64,000 bases of DNA from Nitrosopumilaceae archaeon (GCA_965209085.1 OZ242376.1:384001-448000); one strand, 5' to 3'. Numbered from the stretch's first letter, positions 8,096 to 18,481 are shown. A program made the numbers and translations. Notes: a model not told the origin generated them from the letters alone.

Positions 8096-10600
8096 TCAGA
8101 CAAGGGGTTTTTCCCCGTCTTTTGCACTCACCATCCGTGTAACCTGTCCTTTGCATATTTTCTCAAATATCTCAAGAGCCGCTGCCTTGTGCAGGTATTC
8201 GTTGTTATTTCCGCATCTATACGAATAGGTGCATCTTGGACAGCCGTCAACTCCGGTGCAGGGACACTCTTCAACCATGCTTTTGGCCCTTGATACGGCA
8301 TCCTCAAACCTCTCGTACAGGGCACGGCTTGCACCGCTGCCTCCCACGGCTCCGTCGTATACGAATACAAGTCCGGACGTACCTAGCGATATGCCTCCCA
8401 GATCCTGCGATGCTCCGCCGGTTACCATGTTGCTGCCCTCTATGATGACGTGTTCTGCCGCGTGATATCCGCTCGCCATGGTATATTCGGCATCGGAGGA
8501 ATCTGCCGCACATATGTCCGGCTGCGGCGCATGAAACGCTATTCCTTTTGTAACAAAATCATAGTGCAGCGGTTCTGCAAGATTTACCCTCGTACCCTGC
8601 ATGTTTGCGCCGATCTTTATGTTTGCATATCCGTAAACTGTTTTTTCCACATGCAGTCTGCAAAACACGATTTCGGTTCCAAACGCCTTCTTTTTTTCAT
8701 AAACATGCTCGATGGTGGGCCACTCGTCGGTAAGCGCTTTTGTATAATATGGATAATCTCTTGGGGCATTTTCTATTACGGCGCGCATCTTGTCCGGATA
8801 TGATAAATGTTTTACAATGTACTTTGTACCTGCCAAAAAATAAACCGCCCCCTCGTGCAGCTCCTCCAAAGCCATGGGCAGCGTTCTCTCGCCTACCATG
8901 CGTCCGTTTGAGATAATCCCTACGTGTGCACCTATCCCCCTGATGCTGTATTCTGACAAAAGACGTTTTCCCCTGGCTCCGGGCGCATACCTGCCGCCGT
9001 AGGATACAAGATTGCGGGAATCGCAGTGCATGCGTATAACCTTCTCGTGCTCGGGCATCTCGCCTATTTTTATGGCCTTGTCACAGGCCATTGCAAGCAC
9101 ATGTGATTCTTCAACAAACGGGTTTTTTGGATCAATGTACGCCTCTTCGGCATCCTCAAAGTAATCGTCGGGGTGGTTTTTGTAGTATTGGGATATGGGA
9201 TCCTGACCAAGGGCCAAAAACGCAAAACCCATCTGGCCTTTGCGGGCTGCCCTCCCGATTCTCTGCACAAGCCTGTTGACAGGTACCGTGGATGAGACGA
9301 CCCCGTCTACATCACCCACGTCTATCCCAAGCTCTAGCGTGGGAGTACATGATATGGCCTGCAGCCGGCCATTGCGAAATTCATCCTCTACGGTTTTTCT
9401 ATATTCTGGTGTGAGACCGGCCCTGTGGACCTTTATTGAAACTCCGAGTTTTTTGGTCTGTATTGCCAAAAGTTCCGCACCCTGGTGTGAGTTGCTGAAC
9501 ACAATGGTTTTGTGTCCACTGGCGGTCAGTTTTTTTGTCAAATCTGACATTAGTGATCTCTGCGTCCGCAGGGAAGGAAACAGCATGACAAAATCAACTT
9601 CAGACTTTGCACCCTGACCTGCAACATGCTCCATCTCTTCGCCGAAGAGATGCCTGCAAAAACCTGCCGGATTGCGCAGCGTGGCAGAGGATGCGATAAA
9701 CTGTATTCTGTCTGATGCGAGTCTTTTGAGCCGTTTTAGTATATAGTGTACGTTTGATCCGAATATGCCCGTATACGCATGGGTCTCATCCACTATGACA
9801 AATCTTACGTTTGCAAGCAGCGATGCAAAAGACGTGCGCCGCATCATATGATAGTGCAGCACGTCAAAGTTTGTAACAACAACGTCAGGTTTGCTGCGCA
9901 CTATCTCGGATTTGCGCGCCGGCCCGACATCCCCGTCAAAAACTTCCGCCTTTAGATCCACAGAAGATGAAAATTTTTTCACTTTTGAATACTGATCGTG
10001 CGCAAGAGCCTTTGTGGGATACAGTACGAGAACTGACGGGCCAGGAGTGTGTTGCGTGCACGCCATGTGGAGCACCGGAATCAAAAATGCCTCCGTCTTA
10101 CCTGATGCGGTAGGGGCGTCTATGATTATGTTTTTACCTGTGAGGATTTTTTTAATTGATTCATGCTGAAATTCATACAGTTTGGATATGCCAGATTCTG
10201 CAAGCGCATCAACCAGTCTTTTGTCAATTTTTGACTTTACAGTACCGTCTGCAAAGGGCGGCTTGGGTCTGCTCATTCTCTTATAGCATGCGATGTAATC
10301 TTTCTTTGAATACAGTACGGATTTTGTGAGCGCATCCGGACTGTGACCTTTGATCAAACGGGCAATCTCAGCCTCTTCTCTTATCATGTCTGATGGTGTG
10401 TCTGCAGGATTCTGAGACCTGTGGGATAAGCTTCCATCGTCATAACTGCATCCAAACTCCATCACCGCCATGTCTGTGCCACCTGAGCCATCAAAGAGTC
10501 CGTGCAGACCGCAGGAAGGACAGGATATGTGAATTCTTTTGTCAAATGCGGTGTCCACACAAAGATCCGATTTGCAGTTTGGACACGGATATTTTGACAT
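8096..10600 (-). CDS. DEAD/DEAH helicase with C-terminal DUF1998 Zn domain (MrfA/Hrq1-like)
   Basis: APTASGKT, DETH, SAT, LELGIDVG and QRIGRAAR motifs; C-terminal CPC...GCPRC; extra N-terminal CPNC/CPSC ribbon. Confidence 0.93.
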   Translation of the reverse strand: MSKYPCPNCKSDLCVDTAFDKRIHISCPSCGLHGLFDGSGGTDMAVMEFGCSYDDGSLSHRSQNPADTPSDMIREEAEIARLIKGHSPDALTKSVLYSKKDYIACYKRMSRPKPPFADGTVKSKIDKRLVDALAESGISKLYEFQHESIKKILTGKNIIIDAPTASGKTEAFLIPVLHMACTQHTPGPSVLVLYPTKALAHDQYSKVKKFSSSVDLKAEVFDGDVGPARKSEIVRSKPDVVVTNFDVLHYHMMRRTSFASLLANVRFVIVDETHAYTGIFGSNVHYILKRLKRLASDRIQFIASSATLRNPAGFCRHLFGEEMEHVAGQGAKSEVDFVMLFPSLRTQRSLMSDLTKKLTASGHKTIVFSNSHQGAELLAIQTKKLGVSIKVHRAGLTPEYRKTVEDEFRNGRLQAISCTPTLELGIDVGDVDGVVSSTVPVNRLVQRIGRAARKGQMGFAFLALGQDPISQYYKNHPDDYFEDAEEAYIDPKNPFVEESHVLAMACDKAIKIGEMPEHEKVIRMHCDSRNLVSYGGRYAPGARGKRLLSEYSIRGIGAHVGIISNGRMVGERTLPMALEELHEGAVYFLAGTKYIVKHLSYPDKMRAVIENAPRDYPYYTKALTDEWPTIEHVYEKKKAFGTEIVFCRLHVEKTVYGYANIKIGANMQGTRVNLAEPLHYDFVTKGIAFHAPQPDICAADSSDAEYTMASGYHAAEHVIIEGSNMVTGGASQDLGGISLGTSGLVFVYDGAVGGSGASRALYERFEDAVSRAKSMVEECPCTGVDGCPRCTYSYRCGNNNEYLHKAAALEIFEKICKGQVTRMVSAKDGEKPLV

Positions 10601-10723
10601 GGTGCAATTAAAATGACACTTCATTTATTGTTTTGAAATCCAAACGTGGTCAATACGGCATAACCAAACGGCAAACTTTACTCAATCTCACACGATATGT
10701 ACGATGGTGTGCATCAATGTTAC

Positions 10724-10912
10724 ATGGCTGGATACACATCCCAAGTTGTACAAATTCACAAAAAATACAACACGCAGCTCAAAAAGGCAAAATCTTCAAA
10801 AACGGTACTAAAGGCGTTTACGGCACACAAAAAAGCACATACGCGTCTGTTAAAGAGCCACCTCCGTGAGGAAAAAACCATAGCTGACAGACTTCGTAAA
10901 ACTTTGAAATAA
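10724..10912 (+). CDS. Small basic Lys/His-rich protein (62 aa)
   Basis: MAGYTSQVVQIHKKYNTQLKKAK...; followed by a T8 tract. Confidence 0.6.
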   Translation: MAGYTSQVVQIHKKYNTQLKKAKSSKTVLKAFTAHKKAHTRLLKSHLREEKTIADRLRKTLK

Positions 10913-11001
10913 AGTCAATAATCGTGCGGATTTTTTTTGACACTACGTTAGCTTGTGTGCACACATTTTATTACCAGTTACAATAAACACATACTATTAG
11001 A

Positions 11002-11781
11002 TTGAAAAAAAAAACCTCTGATCTGGTGTGCAACGAGGACTGTATTGTCGGAATGCAGAAAATGCAGGCAAAAAGCGTGGATCTTATCGTAACCGATCCG
11101 CCGTTTGCGATAAAATTTGGCGCGCGCAAGGACAACTATAACCGCAAAGGCTCCCGTGTGTTGCAAGGATACGGCGAGATAGACGAGTCCGAATATGGCG
11201 AATTCACACGTAACTGGATGATGCAGGCATACAGAACATTAAAGGAATCTGGAAGCATGTACGTCTTTTCCGGATGGAATAATCTTGGGGACATACTTGC
11301 AGGACTTGATTCTGCAGGATTTACGGTGGTAAACCATCTTGTGTGGAAGTATCAGTTTGGCGTTGTCACAAAACGCAAGTTTGTTACCTCGCATTATCAC
11401 TGCCTGTATGCGTGCATTAATGATAAAAAACGCACGTTTTACCCTTTTTCCCGTTTTGAAAAAAACGATCGGGATAAAAACGGCAAAAGCCGCCATTATG
11501 CTGACAAGGAAGATGTCTGGATGATAAAACGCGAATACTGGTCTGGGATGACAAAAACACCGACAAAACTTCCGCGCGAACTGGTGGAAAAAATACTCTC
11601 ATACTCTAGCAAAAAAGGCGATCTTGTAATGGATCCGTTTCTTGGCTCAGGACAGGTTGCCGTGGTAAGTAACATGATGGAGCGAAAGTATGCAGGATTT
11701 GAAATTGTAAAAGAATATTGTGAATTTGCACAGCGCAGGCTGCAGAGCGGCGGGTATGGTCTTGAAAAAAACACCGGCTAG
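11002..11781 (+). CDS. Orphan N6-A/N4-C DNA methyltransferase (beta class)
   Basis: DPPF catalytic motif precedes DPFLGSG SAM-binding motif; no adjacent restriction endonuclease. Confidence 0.93.
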   Translation: MKKKTSDLVCNEDCIVGMQKMQAKSVDLIVTDPPFAIKFGARKDNYNRKGSRVLQGYGEIDESEYGEFTRNWMMQAYRTLKESGSMYVFSGWNNLGDILAGLDSAGFTVVNHLVWKYQFGVVTKRKFVTSHYHCLYACINDKKRTFYPFSRFEKNDRDKNGKSRHYADKEDVWMIKREYWSGMTKTPTKLPRELVEKILSYSSKKGDLVMDPFLGSGQVAVVSNMMERKYAGFEIVKEYCEFAQRRLQSGGYGLEKNTG

Positions 11782-12107
11782 GATTCTTTTTTACCCATCT
11801 TGGATTCCACTGTCTCGCGCAGCTCCTCATCGGATTTGTCCGTAAAATCTATTCCAAGCGATTTGCACATCATTTCAAGTTTTTGCCGTTCTGTGTCAAC
11901 CGGACCTTTTACACCTGCCTGCTGAATTCCAGCATCACTCAGATTCTTTTTTATTTCCTCTTTTACACGGTTGTACTCGTTTACCGCCTTGCCCATCTTT
12001 TTTGCAGCTTCGGGTAGTTTGTTTGTACCCAAAATCAGCACAAGTGCAACAAATATGATGATTACCCATTCTCCGCCTATGATGTTTAACACGGTTTCGT
12101 AAATCAT
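11778..12107 (-). CDS. tatA: Twin-arginine translocase TatA/E family subunit
   Basis: GGEWVIIIFVALVLILGTNKLPEAAKKMGKAVNEY. Confidence 0.88.
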   Translation of the reverse strand: MIYETVLNIIGGEWVIIIFVALVLILGTNKLPEAAKKMGKAVNEYNRVKEEIKKNLSDAGIQQAGVKGPVDTERQKLEMMCKSLGIDFTDKSDEELRETVESKMGKKES

Positions 12108-12139
12108 GCCGTACTGTGGATGGTGCCTATATTATAATG

Positions 12140-13294
12140 TCAACCCCGGACTGCACTAGGTCGCAGAACAGAACGTCTGAATATTGCCGTGAATGCCACG
12201 CCAAACCCCAGTGCGGCGAACACAATGTACGGTGCTGACCCGCCGTATTCATGCGATACTGTGCCGGCAATTATGGGTCCGAGCACCCAGCCTACTCCAA
12301 AAATAGATTCGTATGCGCCGATGAGCGAGCCTGAAACTTGCGTTCCTACCCTGGAGAGTGCAATTTCAAGCGTAAGCGGAACTACGGCGCTAAAACCAAA
12401 TCCCATTACAATCAGTGCTGCAGCATACCATAACAATCCGTCGCCAAAATATGCCGCACCCATGCCTGCACCGATGGAGAGTACGGCGGCAACCAGGGTG
12501 GCAGCAGGATGTCTGACAAATTTTTTGGCGAACAACAGGGTAATTATGCGGGAAACGCCGAATGCAAAATACAAAATTTCAACATGTATCGCACTTGCGC
12601 CTTTTTCGGCAAGAAACGCCGGATATACTGCAAGTATTGCCCCAAAGGATGCCGTACAGTAGATTACAATCATGATAATATCGGGCATCAAGATCATGCT
12701 GCGAAATCCTGAAAGCGATATTCTTGCACTTGATGATATGGTGCGTATTCTGGATGAAGAAACAGAAGATACCAGCGCGGCGGCCATTACAAACGCGGCA
12801 AACTGGAACAGCGTACGGTATCCTGATTCGGCATCCCCCAAAAACAGCGAACCTAAAAGCGGACCGATGGTAAATCCGGCTACAAAAAACCCCACAAATC
12901 TTGCAATGTTCTTTATCCTCTCGGGGCCGGAGCTGACGCTGGAAATTATTGCCTCGCAGGGGGGCCAAAAGAATGCGTGCGCTATGCCGGTTCCAATTCT
13001 GCACACCATGATCTCCGGTACAGTGTGCACTATGGAGAGTGCATACGTGGATACTGCGTTAAGTGCAACGCCTGCCGTAAGAATCCACCCGCGGTTAAAC
13101 CTGTCAAGCAGCATTCCGACAAACAACGGGACAAAAATATACGGTGCAAAATTCGCAACACCAATGGCGCCAATTTCCGAATACGTTGCGCCTATCGTCT
13201 CAGAAGCAAATATGGGAAGCACCGGATTATGCATGCCGTAGGATATGCCGATAAGAAGACTGACGACATTTACCAGAAAAAGCTGGCGCCTCAT
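12140..13294 (-). CDS. MFS transporter
   Basis: About 12 hydrophobic segments; motif A GMLLDRFNRG. Confidence 0.92.
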   Translation of the reverse strand: MRRQLFLVNVVSLLIGISYGMHNPVLPIFASETIGATYSEIGAIGVANFAPYIFVPLFVGMLLDRFNRGWILTAGVALNAVSTYALSIVHTVPEIMVCRIGTGIAHAFFWPPCEAIISSVSSGPERIKNIARFVGFFVAGFTIGPLLGSLFLGDAESGYRTLFQFAAFVMAAALVSSVSSSRIRTISSSARISLSGFRSMILMPDIIMIVIYCTASFGAILAVYPAFLAEKGASAIHVEILYFAFGVSRIITLLFAKKFVRHPAATLVAAVLSIGAGMGAAYFGDGLLWYAAALIVMGFGFSAVVPLTLEIALSRVGTQVSGSLIGAYESIFGVGWVLGPIIAGTVSHEYGGSAPYIVFAALGFGVAFTAIFRRSVLRPSAVRG

Positions 13295-13998
13295 TTGTAT
13301 GCGGCCACCATAACGGCCCCGCCCATCAGATCTTTTCCAAATTCGACCCTTGAAAATTTTTCAAGTAGCAATGATTCAAGTTTCTTGTTTGCAGGCCATC
13401 TCTGAAACGTGCCGTACAGTGCGGAAAATTTCAGGCCAAGCCGGCCTGCGGCGCAGTACGCAATAATTGGAAGCGCAAATCTGAGGTAAAATCCCACGCC
13501 CGCTCTTACGAATCTTGAATCCGGTTTGCCAAGATCCACGATGACAAACCTTCCGCCGTCACGTAAAACCCTGTGTGCTTCTGATATTGCAATTCGCAGT
13601 CCTATGGCATCGCGCAGCGAATATCCGCACATGACCGCGTCAAAATGGCCGGAGCGAAATGGCATGTGTTCAAAAACGCCGCACGAGAGAGCGGGGGGTT
13701 TTTCAAACAGTTTGCCGGTGTTTTTGAGCATGGGTATGAGGGGATCGTACATTATGATTTTTAAATCACCGCCGCACAATGATAGGGCAGCCTTTGACAT
13801 GTTGCCAAAACCGGAACCTGCATCCAAAACAACATCGCCGGGATTTATGCGTCCTCGTATGCCCGTATCGCGGTGTTTTGCATCACGCCCCAAAGATATG
13901 TACGAGTTTACCTTGTCATATACTGGAATGATTTCGCGTAATACGTCCATGACGCCGCCCCAGCTTCCGCCAAGACCCAAAACAAACCCTGCCGTCAC
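13291..13998 (-). CDS. Class I SAM methyltransferase, UbiE/MenG-like
   Basis: YDKVNSYISLG, VLDAGSGFG and EAHRVLRDGG motifs; exact start uncertain. Confidence 0.85.
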   Translation of the reverse strand: MTAGFVLGLGGSWGGVMDVLREIIPVYDKVNSYISLGRDAKHRDTGIRGRINPGDVVLDAGSGFGNMSKAALSLCGGDLKIIMYDPLIPMLKNTGKLFEKPPALSCGVFEHMPFRSGHFDAVMCGYSLRDAIGLRIAISEAHRVLRDGGRFVIVDLGKPDSRFVRAGVGFYLRFALPIIAYCAAGRLGLKFSALYGTFQRWPANKKLESLLLEKFSRVEFGKDLMGGAVMVAAYK

Positions 13999-14720
13999 AC
14001 TTTGCCGAATTTTTCGGCAACGGTTGTGTATTTTTCCACGTCTTTATCGCTGATTTTCTGCATGGTTCCGTCTTTGGAAGTTATGGCAGCCATCTTAATG
14101 TGGATCTTGTCTGATTTTTCATCCGTTTTTCTGTTTGTTGCAGCAACAGCCAGCGCAGCCGCATCATCAATGCTCATCTGTGCGTCGTAATTTGTTTCCA
14201 AAAATGCATTTGCCTCCTCCGATCCGGCGCCTATTGCAATTGCAGCATATTGTACATACGTGCCGCTCGGATCCGTAACGTATACGGAGCTTCCTTTTTG
14301 ATCAACTCCTGCTATTATGAGTGACACGCCGTACGGTCTTACTCCAGAATATTGGGTAAACTGGTGACACTGGTTTGCAAGATACTTTGCCACCGTTTCG
14401 ACCTCTACTGATTCATCATATGTAATTCTTGTTCCCTGGGAAAAATATCGCGCATTATTTACCTGGATACGCGCGTCGGGAATATACCCTGCAGCAGCAA
14501 TGCCAATATGTTTGTCAACTTGGAATATTTTTTGCGTGATCCCGCTGGTCTGCAGTGCTTGGGGCACCTCTTCTACGGCAACTAGAACGCCACCGTTGAA
14601 TTTTATGCCTATTGCCAGCGTTCCACGGTTTACGGTTTCTATGGCATATTCTACCTGGTATATGCGTCCGTCAGGTGAATACATTGTAGGGGTCATATCA
14701 TAACCGCGTGATGCCATCAT
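13995..14720 (-). CDS. psmA: Proteasome alpha subunit
   Basis: GYDMTPTMYSPDGRIYQVEYA and RPYGVSLIIAG motifs. Confidence 0.97.
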   Translation of the reverse strand: MMASRGYDMTPTMYSPDGRIYQVEYAIETVNRGTLAIGIKFNGGVLVAVEEVPQALQTSGITQKIFQVDKHIGIAAAGYIPDARIQVNNARYFSQGTRITYDESVEVETVAKYLANQCHQFTQYSGVRPYGVSLIIAGVDQKGSSVYVTDPSGTYVQYAAIAIGAGSEEANAFLETNYDAQMSIDDAAALAVAATNRKTDEKSDKIHIKMAAITSKDGTMQKISDKDVEKYTTVAEKFGKV

Positions 14721-14765
14721 ACGTAAAATATCCCAAAGTGCAAATTTAAGGGTATGGCAGTATGT

Positions 14766-15470
14766 GGCTCTGTCCATGAATAAAATCCAAAATATACCGT
14801 AAATCTTTTAGATCATGAACGTAAATGACCGAAAAAGCTTTGGATCAGTAGATCAGAGCCAATTTCATGAAATCAACAAAGCGCATACGACAAGGAAATC
14901 TTACCCGATCACGCCAAATGCTAACCTTGATTATAATGAAAGTAAAAAATCAAGGGGTAAGGCCATGGAAACAGAATCCATTAGGGCAATACGGCTTTGA
15001 CCCCCTGACCTTTCATGCAACATATGCACGCTCATAGAAAAGACCGGACGAATTCCTGTAATAATGCCAAGAAAAAGTGTTCATGTACGTGGATTTGATG
15101 CAATGGGCAAAAGATGGCATCGTGATAATCCTGATGAATTTCTATCAATATACTACAAACGCAACAACATAGAGGCTACGTTTTCATCCATGAAGAGGAG
15201 GTTTTCATCCACTCCGAGTGCCCGCAAATTTGCAACACGGAAAATTGAATTGGGCTTTTTTGTCTTGTGTTATAATATTCACATTCTAGCTGCCGCAGTC
15301 TAGATTCTGACACTTTGTGTCAGATATGATCCTAGCGTATGCCATACTCTAAAACCCAATATTTGCAATACTGACAAGATTAGCAGGGCTTGATGATGGC
15401 GGACATGTTGTATAATTTTGAATGAATTTGATCGGATTTTTATAAAAAATGCTCATTCATGGACAGAGCT
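14766..15470 (+). mobile_element. 705-bp internally deleted IS (IS5/IS903-like)
   Basis: Perfect 15-bp inverted repeat GCTCTGTCCATGAAT (14767-14781) / ATTCATGGACAGAGC (15455-15469). 9-bp direct repeat GCAGTATGT at 14757-14765 and 15471-15479. Confidence 0.88.
15014..15303 (+). pseudogene. C-terminal fragment of a DDE transposase
   Basis: YYKRNNIEATFSSMKRRF has Y-(2)-R-(3)-E-(6)-K spacing; ends ...ELGFFVLCYNI. N-terminal part is missing or disrupted; left boundary approximate. Confidence 0.82.
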
Positions 15471-15515
15471 GCAGTATGTACTGCCGTTTAATCCGCATAC
15501 GGTCAAGCTCGCAGA

Positions 15516-16397
15516 TCATGAATTAATTCCGTTTACCGCTTCTGCAAGGCCGGTTTTATACGAGGGATATTTTACGTCGATCATTTTTGCCATTGCCGAG
15601 CCGTCGCATACGGTCGGCGTGGTAAGCATTTTTACGGTATCGCGGCCCATCGCCATTGCCGCAATCATGGATGGAATGTTTCCGGGATATTTGACATCCA
15701 ACAGTTTGCAGACATGCCGTATAAAATCGGAAAACATTGCCGGCTCAGTATCTGCCAAAATGTGAACTCCCTGCTCTGAATGCCTGCCAATTGTACCGAG
15801 GGCGGCAACTGCATCGTCCACATGCACAAAGCTTTTTGCGTACATGCCGTCGCCCGGAACTTTGAATCTGCCTTTTTTGATTCTTGGAACAATCTGGGAT
15901 GCAAGCCATCCTCCCGCACCGTATACTTCGCCCATACATGCAACTGCAAACGCGCCGCCGTTTTCACTGCACACATTTTGCACGTATTTTTGCGCTTCAA
16001 GACGCACTTTGGAGTATTTTGTATTCGGATTTGGTTTTGTCTCCGCGGTTATGGGAGAATTGGTTTTACCGTATATGCCGGTTCCGGTAACGTATACAAA
16101 AAAATCAGTACGCCCTTTTACCGCCTCTAGGATATTCTTTACACCGCCATAATTTATCCCCCTGCAGCCGTCCAAACTGCGGGCCAGCGGAGTCGCCGCC
16201 GCCAGATGGTATACGATATCATATCTGCCATTTGGAATGTCGGGAACTTTGGCTGCAAGGTCTGCCTTTACCGCCGTGCATCCGAGTGGAACCAAATTTT
16301 TGTTGCCAAGTGCCACCACCTCGTCGCCTGAATCTGCAAAATTAGACGCCAGCTTGTATCCGATAAACCCCGACGCACCAGTTACCAGTATTTTCAT
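15516..16397 (-). CDS. NAD-dependent epimerase/dehydratase family protein
   Basis: MKILVTGASGFIG, YHLAA and VHVDDA motifs. Confidence 0.92.
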   Translation of the reverse strand: MKILVTGASGFIGYKLASNFADSGDEVVALGNKNLVPLGCTAVKADLAAKVPDIPNGRYDIVYHLAAATPLARSLDGCRGINYGGVKNILEAVKGRTDFFVYVTGTGIYGKTNSPITAETKPNPNTKYSKVRLEAQKYVQNVCSENGGAFAVACMGEVYGAGGWLASQIVPRIKKGRFKVPGDGMYAKSFVHVDDAVAALGTIGRHSEQGVHILADTEPAMFSDFIRHVCKLLDVKYPGNIPSMIAAMAMGRDTVKMLTTPTVCDGSAMAKMIDVKYPSYKTGLAEAVNGINS

Positions 16398-16488
16398 AAA
16401 CTTGGTTTGCACATGCGTATTTTGAGTTTTACTGACGTATGGGATATGGCGCAGGCTTAATATACAATTACGCAATTTGTAATGCCGT

Positions 16489-17763
16489 ATGGCAGGCGCT
16501 GATCCATTTGAAAACGCAACAAAACAGGTCTACGACGCATGCGATACTTTGAAAATAAAAGATCAGGGAATACGGGACTATCTTGCAATACCAAACAGGG
16601 TTTTACGGATAAAAATTCCAATTAAAATGGACAACGGTAAAATCCGCGTCTTTATAGGATTTAGATCACAGCACAACAACGACAGGGGGCCGTACAAGGG
16701 GGGAATACGGTACTTTGATCCTGCCGGAGGAGTGGAATACATGGAACGCGAAGTCATGGCATTATCATCATGGATGACATGGAAGTGCGCCGTAGTGGAC
16801 GTACCGTTGGGCGGAGCCAAGGGTGGCATTTTTGTAAACCCGAAAAAAGAAAAACTTAGCGCAGGAGAAATGGAACGGCTTACACGAAGATTTGCATACG
16901 GGATATCCGAAGTTATAGGACCTGAAAAAGACATTCCGGCTCCAGATGTGTACACTACCGGACAGGAGATGACGCACATTATGGATACGTTTGGCAAATT
17001 GAACGGAAACAAATACACGCCCGGCGTAATAACCGGCAAACCGATACCAATGGGCGGCTCGCTTGCAAGAAATGTTGCCACGGGACTTGGTACGGCATAC
17101 TGCGTGCGCGAGGCTGCATCAAAATTCAAAATCAAACTTGCCGGATCAAAGGTCGTATTGCAGGGATTTGGAAACGCGGCAACATTTGCAGGCGAATATC
17201 TTGAAAAAATGGGCGCGGTCATAATAGGCGCAAGCGATTCCAAAGGATCCATCCTATCCGCCAAAGGTATGAAAATGTCAAAACTTGAAGCGTACAAAAA
17301 ACAAAAAGGAACCGTTGTGGGATTTCCAGGCAGCAGTAAAGTAACCGTATGGGCGCTGTTAACTGCAAAATGTGACATACTCATACCTGCCGCACTTGAA
17401 AACCAAATTGACGCAAAAATTGCAAAAAAACTCCAGTGTAAAATAATCGGCGAAGCGGCAAACGGCCCGACACTACCTGAGGCAGATCCAATACTGTACA
17501 AGAAAAACATCGTGGTAATTCCCGATATTTTGGCAAACTCTGGAGGAGTATGCATATCGTATCTGGAATGGGTGCAAAACAACATGGGATATTACTGGAC
17601 TTTTGACGAGGTGGCAAACAAAATGGAGGCAAACATAGTGCGCGGCTTTGATGATTCGTTAAAAATATCCAAAAAATACAAAATTGACATGAGGCGGGCC
17701 GCGATGGTGCTTGCCGTACAACGCGTCATGGAAGCATTTGAGCTAAAAGGCCTGTGGCCATAG
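16489..17763 (+). CDS. gdhA: Glutamate dehydrogenase
   Basis: GPYKGGIR, GGAKGG, DIPAPD, QGFGN, EAANGP and PDILANSGGV motifs. Confidence 0.96.
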   Translation: MAGADPFENATKQVYDACDTLKIKDQGIRDYLAIPNRVLRIKIPIKMDNGKIRVFIGFRSQHNNDRGPYKGGIRYFDPAGGVEYMEREVMALSSWMTWKCAVVDVPLGGAKGGIFVNPKKEKLSAGEMERLTRRFAYGISEVIGPEKDIPAPDVYTTGQEMTHIMDTFGKLNGNKYTPGVITGKPIPMGGSLARNVATGLGTAYCVREAASKFKIKLAGSKVVLQGFGNAATFAGEYLEKMGAVIIGASDSKGSILSAKGMKMSKLEAYKKQKGTVVGFPGSSKVTVWALLTAKCDILIPAALENQIDAKIAKKLQCKIIGEAANGPTLPEADPILYKKNIVVIPDILANSGGVCISYLEWVQNNMGYYWTFDEVANKMEANIVRGFDDSLKISKKYKIDMRRAAMVLAVQRVMEAFELKGLWP

Positions 17764-17803
17764 GCATTTTCAGGATTGATTCTGCAAATTATTTTTTGGT
17801 AAA

Positions 17804-18481
17804 ATGTCTGACATTCTAGTATTACAAAATTCGCAGCTGGAAGGCATTGGCACTCTTGGCCGCATGATGGAGCATGACGGGTTTGAACTGGACGTAATTG
17901 ACGCAAAAAGAACCATTCCTGACAGAATGTATGGTGTCCTCGTGGTTTTGGGAGGACCCCAGAGTGCCAATGATAAAAAACCATATCTTCGGAAAGAAGA
18001 GGATGCAATACTCCGGCATGCTGGTGCGGGCATTCCAGTACTTGGAATATGTCTGGGCGCGCAGCTTGCCGCAAAAGCGCTGGGAGGGATTGTATACGAG
18101 GGCGAAAAAAAAGAAGTGGGATTTTACGATGATCTAACATCAGTATCTGATGAGAAATTTTTTTCGGGATTGGAAAATTTTTGCGCGTTTCACTGGCACA
18201 ATGACACTTTTGATCTTCCCAGCGGAGCAGTACGCCTTGTCGAATCAAACGACTACAAAAACCAGGCTTTTCGGCACGGAACCGTGGTTGGACTTCAGTT
18301 TCATCTGGAAGCGGATACTGACATGATGAAAAAATGGCTTACAGAATATGCAGATTACGTAAACAGCTCTGCACATCTTGACGCGGACCGCATTATGCGG
18401 CAGGTTGATGCGCGCATAAACGAGGTAGGTTCCAATCTGGCTAAATTTTATGCCAATTTTAAATCTGAATTTTCAATATAG
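17804..18481 (+). CDS. Type 1 glutamine amidotransferase
   Basis: GICLGAQ nucleophile and QFHLE. Confidence 0.93.
   Translation: MSDILVLQNSQLEGIGTLGRMMEHDGFELDVIDAKRTIPDRMYGVLVVLGGPQSANDKKPYLRKEEDAILRHAGAGIPVLGICLGAQLAAKALGGIVYEGEKKEVGFYDDLTSVSDEKFFSGLENFCAFHWHNDTFDLPSGAVRLVESNDYKNQAFRHGTVVGLQFHLEADTDMMKKWLTEYADYVNSSAHLDADRIMRQVDARINEVGSNLAKFYANFKSEFSI

Noticed and set aside
8096-11781. DISARM or restriction-modification system (DUF1998 helicase + MTase)
   Set aside because: No drmA/C/D or endonuclease; the genes are divergent and flanked by housekeeping genes.
16578-17585. 335-aa ORF antisense to gdhA, and similar antisense ORFs in fusA, MFS and SDR genes
   Set aside because: Codon-bias shadows of well-conserved genes, with no motifs.
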